Shown in pieces: positions 36,850 through 46,087 of a DNA stretch of 64,000 nt. Every line of letters begins with the position of its first letter. Position 1 is the first letter of the stretch. Made by a program: the position numbers and the translations under genes. Origin of the DNA: Dehalococcoidia bacterium (GTDB taxonomy: Bacteria; Chloroflexota; Dehalococcoidia; Bin125); NCBI GenBank assembly GCA_963555985.3, contig OY820591.1, forward strand, positions 2,816,001 to 2,880,000, written 5' to 3'. The notes beneath the pieces were generated by a model. The model saw only the letters and a program-made list of their open reading frames with translations, was not told the origin of the DNA and made no database searches.

Positions 36850-38268
36850 CTAGATGTGGTAGTAGTGGAAGAACTCGGCCGCGACCGGGTGCATGAAGAT
36901 GTCGCGCGACTCGGTCAGCTTGAAGTCCTGGTACTCGTCGATCAGGTCCTGGGTGAAGACCCCGCCTTCCATCAGGAAGTCGTGATCGGCGGCCAGCGCC
37001 TCGAGTGAACCTTCGAGCGAGTGCGGCACCGAGGGGATGCCGGCCGCCTCCTCAACGGAGAGCTCGTAGATGTCGGTGTCAACCGGGTCTCCCGGCTCGA
37101 TCTGGTTTCTGATCCCGTCCAGACCAGCCATCAACATCGCCGAGAAGGCGAGATAGGTGTTGGCGGAGGCGTCGGGCGGGCGGAACTCGAGGCGCTTGCT
37201 GTTGGGCGACGATTCGTAGGTGGGAATGCGGACCGCCGCTGAGCGGTTGCGCTGTGAGTAGGCGAGGTAGATCGGCGCCTCGAAGCCGGGAACCAGACGC
37301 TTGTAGGAGTTGGTGGTCGGCGCGCAGAACGCGAGCAGCGCCGAACCGTGCTTGAGCAGCCCGCCGATGTAATGGCGAGCGGTGTCGGAGAGGTCGGCGT
37401 ACCGGCCGCCCTCGTAGAAGAGCGGGGCGCCGTCCTTCCAGAGCGACTGGTGGCAGTGCATGCCGGTGCCGTTGTCGCCGTAGAGCGGCTTGGGCATGAA
37501 GGTCGCCGACTTGCCGTGGGCCTTGGCCACGTTGCGCACGATGTGCTTGTACCACTGGGTCTCGTCGGCCTTGTTGCGGAGCGTGTTGAAGCGAGTCGCG
37601 ATCTCGCCTTGGCCGCCGGTGGCGACCTCGTGGTGGTGGACTTCCAGCTCCATCCCGACTTCGCCCATCTTCTCGGCCATTTCCCAGCGGACATCGGCGA
37701 GCGTGTCGAAGGGGGCCGTGGGCGAATAACCCTGCTTGGGCGGAATCTTGTAGCCGAGGTTGCTTCCGCCCTCTTCACGGCCGCTGTTCCAGTCGGCCTC
37801 GTCGGACTCGATCACGTGGAAGGCGCGATTGATCGCGAGGGAGAACTGGACGTGGTCGAAGATGAAGAACTCCAGCTCGGGGCCGAAGAAGGCCTGGTCG
37901 GCGATGCCGGAGTCGATCAGATGCTGTTCGGCTTTGGTCGCCACGTAGCGCGGGTCGCGGCTGTAGCGATCGCCCGTGATCGGGTCGTGGACATCGCAGA
38001 TGAAGGTCAGCGTGGGCGTGTCGATGGTTGGGTCGATCCGGGCGCTGTCGAGGTCGGGGCGGAGGAGCATGTCGGATTCGTCGATGCTCTGGAAGCCGCG
38101 CAGGGAGGAACCGTCGAAACCCTGTCCGCGCTCTACGAGGTCTTCGTCGACCTTGGACGCGGGGATGCTGAAGTGCTGCCAGCGACCGATTAGGTCGGTC
38201 ACGAGCAGGTCGACGCGGGTGATCTGCTGTTCCTCGATCAGCGCCTGAATTTCGGCGAGTGTGGCCAT
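36850..38268 (-). CDS. glnA: Glutamine synthetase type I (GSI-beta)
   Basis: FDGSSLRGFQSIDESD, GPELEFF, the GSI-beta insertion (WNSGREE..NLGYK), HHEVA, GMHCHQS, PGFEAP, RNRSA and adenylylation-site-like DIYEL. Confidence 0.97.
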   Translation of the reverse strand: MATLAEIQALIEEQQITRVDLLVTDLIGRWQHFSIPASKVDEDLVERGQGFDGSSLRGFQSIDESDMLLRPDLDSARIDPTIDTPTLTFICDVHDPITGDRYSRDPRYVATKAEQHLIDSGIADQAFFGPELEFFIFDHVQFSLAINRAFHVIESDEADWNSGREEGGSNLGYKIPPKQGYSPTAPFDTLADVRWEMAEKMGEVGMELEVHHHEVATGGQGEIATRFNTLRNKADETQWYKHIVRNVAKAHGKSATFMPKPLYGDNGTGMHCHQSLWKDGAPLFYEGGRYADLSDTARHYIGGLLKHGSALLAFCAPTTNSYKRLVPGFEAPIYLAYSQRNRSAAVRIPTYESSPNSKRLEFRPPDASANTYLAFSAMLMAGLDGIRNQIEPGDPVDTDIYELSVEEAAGIPSVPHSLEGSLEALAADHDFLMEGGVFTQDLIDEYQDFKLTESRDIFMHPVAAEFFHYYHI

Positions 38269-38385
38269 CGCGGGGGTTCCCTCTCAGAGAATTCAGCCGC
38301 GCGCATCGGGGGCCGGTCGTCGGATGCGGGCGCACGGCTAGTCGGCGTAGCTGTTGTGAGCTTATGCACGGGTGGAGGGAGGAGG

Positions 38386-38412
38386 ATGTGGCGAGGGTTA
38401 CGAGCCGATGAA
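38386..38412 (-). promoter_or_regulatory. Possible GlnR-type operator upstream of glnA
   Basis: Minus strand TTCAT-N6-GTAAC-N6-CACAT: three pentamers at 11-bp phase, resembling the actinobacterial GlnR box (GTnAC-N6-GAAAC). Degenerate. Confidence 0.35.
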
Positions 38413-38447
38413 TTTTCTTGTTGGATTGCGGGGGGAGCGGGGAGCGG

Positions 38448-39110
38448 TCAGCGCAGCGGCAGCGCGAAGCGGTAGCCGACGTTGCGGACGGTCTCGATGT
38501 AGCGTTTGCCGCCTGCCTCGAGCTTGGAGCGCAGGCGGCGAATGTGAACGTCGACCGTGCGCGAACCACCGTAGTAGTTGTAGCCCCAGACGCGGTTGAG
38601 CAGGGTCTCGCGGGTGAACACCTGCTGGTTATGGGCCATCAGGAAACGCAGCAGCTCGAACTCTTTGAAGGTGAGCGTGATCGCGCGCCCGCTCTCGAAG
38701 ACCTGGTAGTTGGAGAGATCGACGATCAGGTCGCCGGCGGCGAGGGTGTTGCGGGCGAGCGCGCGTCCGTGCCGCCAGAGCACGAGCTGAACGCGGGCCA
38801 CCAACTCCGACTCGCGCACGGGCGCGAGCATGAAATCGTCGAGTTCCTGAACGGGATCGAGCAGCTCGATGATCTGCGGGCGAAGCACGGCGATCCGCAG
38901 CGCGTCGGGCCAGGCCTCCATCTCGATCGTGCGGCCCGAGGGGGCGACATCGCGCCAGTCGAGCAAGAGCACGTCGGGCGCGGCGGCAGGGTCGGGCTCG
39001 ATCCCCTCGCTGGGCGACCAGCGCACGACCTGGAGGCCGGCGCGTTCGAGCGGAGAGGTGAGCGGAGCGATGAATTCGGCGTCGTGGCTGGAGATTGTCA
39101 GGCGGAACAT
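38448..39110 (-). CDS. Atypical OmpR/PhoB-family response regulator, GlnR-like
   Basis: Winged-helix motif LTFKEFELLRFL..VFTRETLLNRVWGYNYYGGSRTVDVHIRRLRSKL. The receiver lacks the acidic pair and the conserved Lys (DDFMLAP). No adjacent kinase; adjacent to two GS genes. Confidence 0.85.
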   Translation of the reverse strand: MFRLTISSHDAEFIAPLTSPLERAGLQVVRWSPSEGIEPDPAAAPDVLLLDWRDVAPSGRTIEMEAWPDALRIAVLRPQIIELLDPVQELDDFMLAPVRESELVARVQLVLWRHGRALARNTLAAGDLIVDLSNYQVFESGRAITLTFKEFELLRFLMAHNQQVFTRETLLNRVWGYNYYGGSRTVDVHIRRLRSKLEAGGKRYIETVRNVGYRFALPLR

Positions 39111-39214
39111 ATCCGCACCATAGAACACGATCCCGACCGGCCGGGCCAGCCTTGTGTATGTGGGGCTACGAGCGTGGCGGCTATTGGCCCGGCGGCGTGC
39201 GATACTTGGAGTGC

Positions 39215-39289
39215 GCCGGCGTAGCTCAGAGGTAGAGCAACGGTTTCGTAAACCGTAGGCCGAGGGTTCGAATCCCCCCGCCGGCTCCA
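39215..39289 (+). tRNA. tRNA-Thr (anticodon CGT)
   Basis: Acceptor GCCGGCG/CGCCGGC, D arm GCTC/GAGC, anticodon arm ACGGT-TTCGTAA-ACCGT, T loop TTCGAAT and encoded CCA. Extended -10-like TGCGATACT at 39198-39206. Confidence 0.97.
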
Positions 39290-39353
39290 GGTTGTTTTGA
39301 AGGTTGCCTCCCTCCTGCGGTCATTCCTGCGCAGAGAGACCCGTGCAACGGGA

Positions 39354-39908
39354 TCAGTCGTTCGACTGGGATTGATGGACGCTCCGGAGCACGTTCACAG
39401 CCGGCAGTGACATCGTTTCGAGCACGAGTTGGCAGATCCTCTGGCCGGGAAACAGTTTGATGGTGAACGGTCCGGCGTTCGTCAATTCGAGCTGGAGCTG
39501 ACCGTCGAAGGTCGGATGAACCGTTGGCGCAGATTGATGAACGGACAAGCCGAGCCGTGCAAGTGTGCTCCGTCCTTCGACTCTAGCTGCCAGGAACGCG
39601 GGCAAGACGATGCGCTCCCGAGTCCAAGCGAGCGCGAAACCACCAGGTTGCAAGTCAAACGAATCACCCTCCTGCACGGAAACAGATTCGCTGAGACTTC
39701 CCAAGGCCTCCATGACTGCGCGCGAATTACGGGCATCGACAAGTGTCTCGACCGCCTCTCCGCCGCTCACTTTGGGCACACTGAAGGTATTGGCGAGGGT
39801 CAGATCGATGGTTGATGGTGAGACTGCTCCAAATGCGGGACTTGGATCAATTTTGAGCCGTCCAGATTGGATCAGTGACCAAATCTCGTGATCAGACAGA
39901 ATTGCCAT
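39354..39908 (-). CDS. dcd: dCTP deaminase (trimeric dUTPase fold)
   Basis: ILSD.EI, PSTIDLTL, VEGRSTLARLGL, LELTN and GQRICQLV. Visibly lower GC than the flanking genes. Confidence 0.88.
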   Translation of the reverse strand: MAILSDHEIWSLIQSGRLKIDPSPAFGAVSPSTIDLTLANTFSVPKVSGGEAVETLVDARNSRAVMEALGSLSESVSVQEGDSFDLQPGGFALAWTRERIVLPAFLAARVEGRSTLARLGLSVHQSAPTVHPTFDGQLQLELTNAGPFTIKLFPGQRICQLVLETMSLPAVNVLRSVHQSQSND

Positions 39909-40185
39909 ACGCCACCTTCTCCTCGGACAGCAACAGGCGTTGACCCGATGGAAAATCGACAAGCCAGTTCGACACGTCGGGAAAGGCTGTCCCCACCTTC
40001 ACACCTCGCACAAGATTCTCTGCCGACTTGCAGTGCGCCGGCTCAACGATGACGAGCCGTAGTTCGTCTCCCACCGCCGAAATCAGGCACGCGGTTTCCA
40101 TTTCCGAGAGTTTGCGAGTCTCTTCACATTTCACCCAGATGCTCTCGGGCACTTCCAGAAATCGCGGAACTTCGATTTCCGACAT
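39892..40185 (-). CDS. Small hypothetical protein (97 aa) overlapping the dcd start
   Basis: RBS-like GAGAGGGG, 17-nt overlap with dcd, same lower-GC composition. Confidence 0.65.
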   Translation of the reverse strand: MSEIEVPRFLEVPESIWVKCEETRKLSEMETACLISAVGDELRLVIVEPAHCKSAENLVRGVKVGTAFPDVSNWLVDFPSGQRLLLSEEKVAYGNSV

Positions 40186-40202
40186 TCCAGGCCCCTCTCT
40201 TT

Positions 40203-40231
40203 AGTATCTCTGTTCTGTCATGGTAACTCAA
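40203..40231 (-). promoter_or_regulatory. Sigma70-type promoter for the hypothetical-dcd pair
   Basis: TTGAGT-N17-GATACT, ending 17 nt before the ATG at 40185. Confidence 0.55.
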
Positions 40232-40309
40232 TCACACTACGCAGTCCAGTGCTCCCACCTTCTCCAGGCCCGCGCCTCCAGTCTTCATCGGTCGGGTTTC
40301 CTTCGATGG

Positions 40310-40651
40310 TCAGCGACGACTCGAACTCGAATATCCCGGCAGCGGCTCCGACGCCTGGTCTTGACCGTTGCTTTCGCGGGGCGGTTCCATGTGCGAGATG
40401 GGGACGGCGGGCATGGTGGTGACTTCGGCGCGGAGGCGGGCGCCGAATTCGACCGACCAACGAGCCACGGCGTCGTTGTCGGGGGCTTCGATGATGGCGA
40501 CGTAGTCGTAGTGCCCGAGCACGGCGTAGATGCCGAGCGGAGTGACGCCGGCGACGCTGACGGTTTGCTCGGCGATCAGCGGCTCGCGGGGGTTGGCGCG
40601 GACGAGGTCGAGGCCTTCGGGGAAGAGGCGGGTGAGGATGATGTATTGCAT
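40310..40651 (-). CDS. GYD domain protein
   Basis: MQYIILTRL and YAVLGHYDYVAIIEAPD. Confidence 0.85.
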   Translation of the reverse strand: MQYIILTRLFPEGLDLVRANPREPLIAEQTVSVAGVTPLGIYAVLGHYDYVAIIEAPDNDAVARWSVEFGARLRAEVTTMPAVPISHMEPPRESNGQDQASEPLPGYSSSSRR

Positions 40652-40798
40652 AGCGAGGCTCCTCCTCCGGGGCAGGCTACTGCGGAAGGTGGGATAGACT
40701 CGTTCGGATGGACGTAGTAGAGCGAGCCGCCGCTCTTGACCTCGCTTGAGGCCGTCTCGATGGGCCGGCGGCGCCACGTCTGTATGCGGGGAGCTGAC

Positions 40799-43042
40799 AT
40801 GAACGCACTGATCAGGTCGATGCTGAGCCGAGCGAATCCGGCGCGAGTCGTCCGCCCGCGGGCGCTCTGGCTATTGCTGGCGGCTGCGTTGGTCGCGGCT
40901 GTGGGCGCGAGCGCTTGCGATCTGGTCGGCGACGACGAAGACGCTCAGCAGCAGGCGCAGCAACAACAAGCCGAGCCTGAAGCTGCGGCGGCGACCGCGC
41001 CGGCAACGACGGCGACAGCCGCTGCGCAAGCGGAGGCGGAAGAGCCGAGCGGACCCACGCCGCCGCCGGAATCGAGCGCGACCAGCGGCGCGGGCGCGGA
41101 CGCCTACCGGGTGATCTTCCCCAGCATGGCGCTGGTTGATGTCGGCAACGGCCAGACTCAACTGCCGGGTTACGCGCCGCTCTTGGTGACCGCTCTGGTC
41201 AGCGCGGACGGCTATGTGCTGACGGATCTGTCGGCGCTGGCGGGCGCGGCTGTGGCGGCGGTGATTCTCTCGGACGGGACGATGATTGCGGATGTGCCGC
41301 TGGCGGGCGCTGATCAGCTGACGGGGATCGCCTATCTGGGGCCGCTGGAGCGTGGGATTGTGGGCCGCTTGCCCGGAGCCGTGCTAGGCGACGGCGAACG
41401 CCTGCCGCCGGGTGCGCCGGTCTATGCGGTGGGCTTCACGCCCGAGAGCATGGCGGGCGACGCGCCGATCATCATTTCGGGCGTGTTCAGCGGCTTGCGC
41501 GAGTGGACGCCGGGTCAGCGCACGCTCTTGATGACCGACGCATCATTCGGTCAAGAGCAGCCGATGCTGGGTTCGGTGTTGGTGGATGCGAACGGAGTCG
41601 TGATCGGCTTCGGGACGGTTGACACGGGCTGGCGCGGTCACTACGTGTCGACCGGGGATCTGGCGCGGAGCTTGGCCCAGGCACCGCCGATGGGAGTGTC
41701 CGCCGCTGTCTGGCTGCCGGATCCGGCCTCAGCGGCGACTGAACATCTCGTAGTCGTGAGTACGCCGACGATGATGGGCGAGCTCGCGCTGGCCGACGAG
41801 GCAACGGGCGAGCCCTTGACGCTCTCGATTGGCGCGGATGTGGCGGGCGTACTCACGCTGATCGACGCCGAGGGCAAGATTTTGCAGCAGTCGAATCTCA
41901 CGGTGGGCGCGACGATCGTGACGCTGCGTCCGAATACGGTCGGTCCCTACCGCTTGACGCTCGCGCCTGCGCCGCCGGACGAGGCGATGATGGAGGAGGA
42001 GATGTCCGCCGAGCCCGAGGCGATGGCCGAGGACGGTGAGGCAATGGAGGAGGAAGCGGTTGCGGAGGAGTACGAGGCGATGCCCGATCCCGATCACACG
42101 ATGCCGCCGCCGCTGGAGGTGAGCTTCAGCGTGTCCTCCAACATCCCCCTGATGACGCTGATCGATCAGGACGATCTGCAAGCGCTGGTGGTGGGCGAGC
42201 CGCTGGTTGCGGGCGTGGACGCGCCCGGTGATCTGGATCGCTTCGAGCTGCCGGTGCTCGCGGGCGAGGTCTACGAGGTGCGGGCGCAGAGTCTGACCCT
42301 GGACATGGTCGTGAGCGCGATGGGCGCGGGCACTGACGGGTTCGACGACGACAGCGGGGGCGGCTACAGCGGGAGCGATGCGCTGCTGATGCTCGCGCCG
42401 GCTGAGGACGGAATCATCGAGCTCTTCGTGAGCGATTTCGGCGGCTGGACGACGGGCGCATACGTGCTCACGGTGACGCGCACGGTCAGCGTCGAAGGTT
42501 CCGGCGCGGCCGCGGCGATGGAAGCGGAAGACGGCGACGAAGGCCGGTCGGCGGTGATGATGATCAAGCCCGCTGCTCTGCCCACGCCAACGGCCGATCT
42601 GAGCTTGCGCGGCGTGATCAGCGAAGACGGCCTCGTCCCGACCTTGCAAGGCATCGGCAGCGCGATCGACGAGAACGGCGCGCTGATCGTCGCCGACGAG
42701 GACGGCTTCTTCGAGATCGTCGCTTCGATCATCGGCCCGGACTACAGCACTGCGCGGCTCTTCGTGATGGATGCCGACGGGGAGATCGTGATCTCCGGTC
42801 GGGTAGTGGCGAACTGCGCTACGCCTGAGCCGTGTCTCGCCAGCGCGGTCTACATCGCCGGCGAAGGCGCGCAGCCAACCCCCGGCATGTGGCGAGTGCT
42901 GCTCCAGCCTGAAGGCGCCGGCTCCGGCATCACCGAGTGGCAGATCGAAATCCATCTCTACGCCGACGCTCCCGCCGCCGAAGCGGAAGCCGAAGAGCCG
43001 ATGGAGGCGGAAGAGAACAGCGAGATGTCTGAGCAGGAATAG
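40799..43042 (+). CDS. Lipoprotein with a degenerate trypsin-like (HtrA-type) domain and PPC-like beta-sandwich domain(s)
   Basis: Lipobox-like ASAC, DGYVLT, D..TGIAYL, LGD...L..G..V.AVG, TDAS, LVDANGVVIG and PPC-like DDDSGGG..DALL...TGAYVL. Confidence 0.7.
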   Translation: MNALIRSMLSRANPARVVRPRALWLLLAAALVAAVGASACDLVGDDEDAQQQAQQQQAEPEAAAATAPATTATAAAQAEAEEPSGPTPPPESSATSGAGADAYRVIFPSMALVDVGNGQTQLPGYAPLLVTALVSADGYVLTDLSALAGAAVAAVILSDGTMIADVPLAGADQLTGIAYLGPLERGIVGRLPGAVLGDGERLPPGAPVYAVGFTPESMAGDAPIIISGVFSGLREWTPGQRTLLMTDASFGQEQPMLGSVLVDANGVVIGFGTVDTGWRGHYVSTGDLARSLAQAPPMGVSAAVWLPDPASAATEHLVVVSTPTMMGELALADEATGEPLTLSIGADVAGVLTLIDAEGKILQQSNLTVGATIVTLRPNTVGPYRLTLAPAPPDEAMMEEEMSAEPEAMAEDGEAMEEEAVAEEYEAMPDPDHTMPPPLEVSFSVSSNIPLMTLIDQDDLQALVVGEPLVAGVDAPGDLDRFELPVLAGEVYEVRAQSLTLDMVVSAMGAGTDGFDDDSGGGYSGSDALLMLAPAEDGIIELFVSDFGGWTTGAYVLTVTRTVSVEGSGAAAAMEAEDGDEGRSAVMMIKPAALPTPTADLSLRGVISEDGLVPTLQGIGSAIDENGALIVADEDGFFEIVASIIGPDYSTARLFVMDADGEIVISGRVVANCATPEPCLASAVYIAGEGAQPTPGMWRVLLQPEGAGSGITEWQIEIHLYADAPAAEAEAEEPMEAEENSEMSEQE

Positions 43043-43190
43043 CGCAGGCTGCTGAGGATGAGGGGTCTGGCGATCCGGCCGGGCCCCTCGCTTCCTCCGG
43101 AGACCTGCGCGCCCCTTCTCCGTCCCCCGTTCAAGCCAGGGGCAGGGCGGGCGGCCAGCCATTGCCGCACTTCGTCGCGTAAATCAAAGA

Positions 43191-43353
43191 TCGTCATACC
43201 CGCGCTTGTCGCGGGTATCTCGCTGTGATCTGCACCGTTGTCGCTCCCACGGCGAACTGGCCGCGTCGGAGCGCGGCAATGATAGAGAACATCGACGTTC
43301 GCAAAGCTCTCCCTTCGCGGGGACAGGCTCCGCGGCAAGCGCGGGTATGACGG
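43191..43353. repeat. Type-A REP-like cluster (three units) with a nested CTTCGCGGGGACAGGCTC module
   Basis: CGTCATACCCGCG..CGCGGGTATCTC, GCCGCG..CGCGGCAATGA and CCGCGGCAAGCGCGGGTATGACGG. Confidence 0.8.
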
Positions 43354-43543
43354 TTGTGCATTGGTCTCCTCTGGAGGAGCGGTTGCGCAGCGACAGAGAG
43401 GAAGATCCGGCCCGATCACCAGACTGTTACCCCAGCAACACCTTGCCCATCCCGGACCCTCTACCGAACCTTCGTGCGTATATGATCGACCGCACCCAAA
43501 CCTCCCGCCCGCAACTCATAGAACCCGCCGTGACTGTCAGCAC

Positions 43544-43644
43544 TCACCTAGACACTCTCAGACAAACTCGGATTCACACCACCATTTCCGCTCAGAACAC
43601 CCCAAAATCTAGCCGGATCTAGCCGAATCTGGACAAATCCGGAC
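43544..43644 (+). repeat. Two short arrays of degenerate 10-bp direct repeats in a C/A-rich intergenic tract
   Basis: AAATCTAGCC GGATCTAGCC GAATCTGGAC AAATCCGGAC (43605-43644) and TCACCTAGAC ACTCTCAGAC AAACTCGGAT (43544-43573). Confidence 0.65.
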
Positions 43645-43790
43645 TACCTGCCGCCGAATTTTCCGCCTGCGACCGCAAATTCGCCGCGCCCGTCCAGAAA
43701 TTCCCTCGCCCGCGCAGGAGTGACGAAAAGGGAGACCCGAGACTGCTGAGCTGGCGGCGGGATGTGGGCGGCGGCCTCGGAGGACATCAC

Positions 43791-46022
43791 TCAGTCCAGT
43801 TCGGCGAGGGTTGAGGCGGCGCCGGAACGTTGCCGGGCAGGGCGGGCGAGCAGCTGCATCAGCGACGTCAGCCCGCCTACCGCCGGCACCTCCGGGTCAA
43901 TCGTCAGGTTGGGCAGCAGGCGGTCGAGCAGGGGCGGCAGATACCAGTTGGCGTTGCCCGCGATTTGCATGAAGGCGGGCACCAGCACCAGCCGCACCAC
44001 AGTGGCGTCGATGAAGATCGCAAAGGCCATGCCCACGCCGAACTCTTTGATCGCGCGCTCGTCGCCGAAGACGGCGAAGCTGGCGAAGACCGCGATCAGG
44101 ATCGCGGCGGCGGCGGTGATCACGCGCGCGCTCGCGCCGATCCCGTAGGCGACCGACTCACCCGGGTCGCGTGTGGCGAGCCAGCGTTCGCGCACGCGGC
44201 TGAGTAGGAAGACCTCATAGTCCATCGAGAGGCCGAAGAGGATCGCGAACATGAAGAGCGGCAGGAAGGACTCGATCGGCCCGGTGCGATCGAGTCCGAA
44301 GAGCGAGAGTCCCCAGCCCCACTGGAAGATCGCGACGATGAAACCGAGCGCGGCCCCGATCGCGAGCATGTTCAGCAGCGCCGCCTTGAGCGGTACCACG
44401 ATCGAGCGGAAGGCCATCATCAGCAGCAGGATCGACAAACCAATCACGATCACGAAGAAGTAGGGCAGCCGCCCGACCATCTTGCTGGTGATGTCTTCAA
44501 AGGCGGCGGTCGAGCCGGTGAGATAGACGCCGACCCCCGCTTCGGCCCCGGCCAGCGCCACGGGCGCGCCGCTGGCCCGGATCTCGGTGACCAGCTGGCG
44601 AGTCGCCCGATCCTGCGGCGCGGTTGTGGGAATGACCGCGAGTACGGCGGTGTCGCGGGCGGCGTTGAGCTCGGGCGGACTGACGAAGGCAACGCCGTCA
44701 ACCTGTGAGAGCGCCCGGCGCACCTGTTGCAGCCGCGTCTCGCTCAGTTGTCCGCTGGGGTGATCAACCACGGCGAGTAAGGTGCCGTTGACGCCGGGCC
44801 CGAACGACTCCGCGATCAGGTCGTAGGCGCGGCGCGAACTGTACTCCTCGGAGCGGTTGCCGTCGTCGGAGACGCCCAATTGCAGGCCGAGCACAGGCGA
44901 AGCGCAGACCAGCAACAAGGCGGTGGCGGCGATCAGCCAGAGCCAGGAGCGACGCTCGATCCGGCGCGAGAAGCGGTACCAGCGCCCGCGACCGCCGCCG
45001 GCCGTGTAGCGCAGACCGGGAATCGAGAGCACATCGATCCGTCGCCCCATAATCCGCAGCAGCGCCGGCAGCAGCGAGATCGCGACCAACATCTCGATGA
45101 AGACCACTACTGCGGCTGAGGCGCCGAGATTGGCGATCAGCGGAATGTCGATTGCAAACAGGCCGACCAGAGCGACGACCACAATCGAACCGGCAAACGC
45201 GACCGCGCGCCCGGCGGTGGAGACGGCGATCTGCACCGCCTGCTCAACATTGGAGCCTCGCGCCAACTGCTCGCGGTAGCGCGAGATCACGAACAGCGCA
45301 TAGTCGATCCCTACGCCGATCCCCAGCATCGCGCCGAACTGGGGCGCGAACGTGGTGATGTCAATCACACCAGCGATGAGGAAGATGATGATCGTCCCCA
45401 GCGCCAACCCGACCAGTGCCGTGATGATCGGGATGCCGGCGGCGAAGATCGAGCCGAAACCCACGATCAGGATCACTAGCGCGGCGGCGACGCCCACGAC
45501 TTCGGCCAGGCCCGCTTCTTCGGTTTCGTACTCGCGCGCCGGCTCGCCCCCGAACTCCACCTGGAGCCGGTCGCTGCGGAACTCTGCGCCGATCGCGAAC
45601 ACCGCGCCGACGTTCTCGCGCTCGATCTCGTTGGAGAGTTCCGCATAGCTCACGCGCACGATCGCCGTGCGGCCGTCGGCGGAGATGTCGCCGGGCGACT
45701 GAAAGGGATCGCTGACATGGACGACTTCGTCGACCCGAGCCGCCTCTCGTCGGAAGCTCGCCATCGCTGCGGCGACCTCGGGAGCGTCAATCCGCCCCCG
45801 CTCGGTGTGGAAGACCGCGCGCAGTTCGCTGCCCGACTGGGCCGGAAAACGTTCAACCAGCAGGTCGTAAGCGCGCTGCGATTCAGTCGCGGGAACGTTG
45901 AAGGTGTCGGTGAAATCTCCGCCGAAGCGGCTGACGAGCAACACGCCTAAGACGATCAGCGCCGCCCAGCCGAGCAGTACCCGCCCCGGCCGGCGCGCGA
46001 CAAACCGTGCCCAACGCTCCAT
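43791..46022 (-). CDS. MMPL family (RND) transporter
   Basis: GVGIDYALF..RYRE, TAGRAV, FGLSMDYEVFLLSRVRE and DATVVRLVLVPA. Confidence 0.95.
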   Translation of the reverse strand: MERWARFVARRPGRVLLGWAALIVLGVLLVSRFGGDFTDTFNVPATESQRAYDLLVERFPAQSGSELRAVFHTERGRIDAPEVAAAMASFRREAARVDEVVHVSDPFQSPGDISADGRTAIVRVSYAELSNEIERENVGAVFAIGAEFRSDRLQVEFGGEPAREYETEEAGLAEVVGVAAALVILIVGFGSIFAAGIPIITALVGLALGTIIIFLIAGVIDITTFAPQFGAMLGIGVGIDYALFVISRYREQLARGSNVEQAVQIAVSTAGRAVAFAGSIVVVALVGLFAIDIPLIANLGASAAVVVFIEMLVAISLLPALLRIMGRRIDVLSIPGLRYTAGGGRGRWYRFSRRIERRSWLWLIAATALLLVCASPVLGLQLGVSDDGNRSEEYSSRRAYDLIAESFGPGVNGTLLAVVDHPSGQLSETRLQQVRRALSQVDGVAFVSPPELNAARDTAVLAVIPTTAPQDRATRQLVTEIRASGAPVALAGAEAGVGVYLTGSTAAFEDITSKMVGRLPYFFVIVIGLSILLLMMAFRSIVVPLKAALLNMLAIGAALGFIVAIFQWGWGLSLFGLDRTGPIESFLPLFMFAILFGLSMDYEVFLLSRVRERWLATRDPGESVAYGIGASARVITAAAAILIAVFASFAVFGDERAIKEFGVGMAFAIFIDATVVRLVLVPAFMQIAGNANWYLPPLLDRLLPNLTIDPEVPAVGGLTSLMQLLARPARQRSGAASTLAELD

Positions 46023-46087
46023 CAGCGCCAGTCCGCTCGCATCCGCCGCCCCGCCCGCGCTGAGGCTGTGCTGAATTTGAGCCTAGC

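Noticed and set aside
38269-38447. Glutamine (glnA-motif) riboswitch
   Set aside because: No recognisable conserved core by eye; a covariance-model search would be needed to exclude it fully.
39270-40310. attL/attR duplication of the tRNA 3' end or a prophage
   Set aside because: No convincing repeat of CCGCCGGCTCCA downstream, and no integrase or phage genes.
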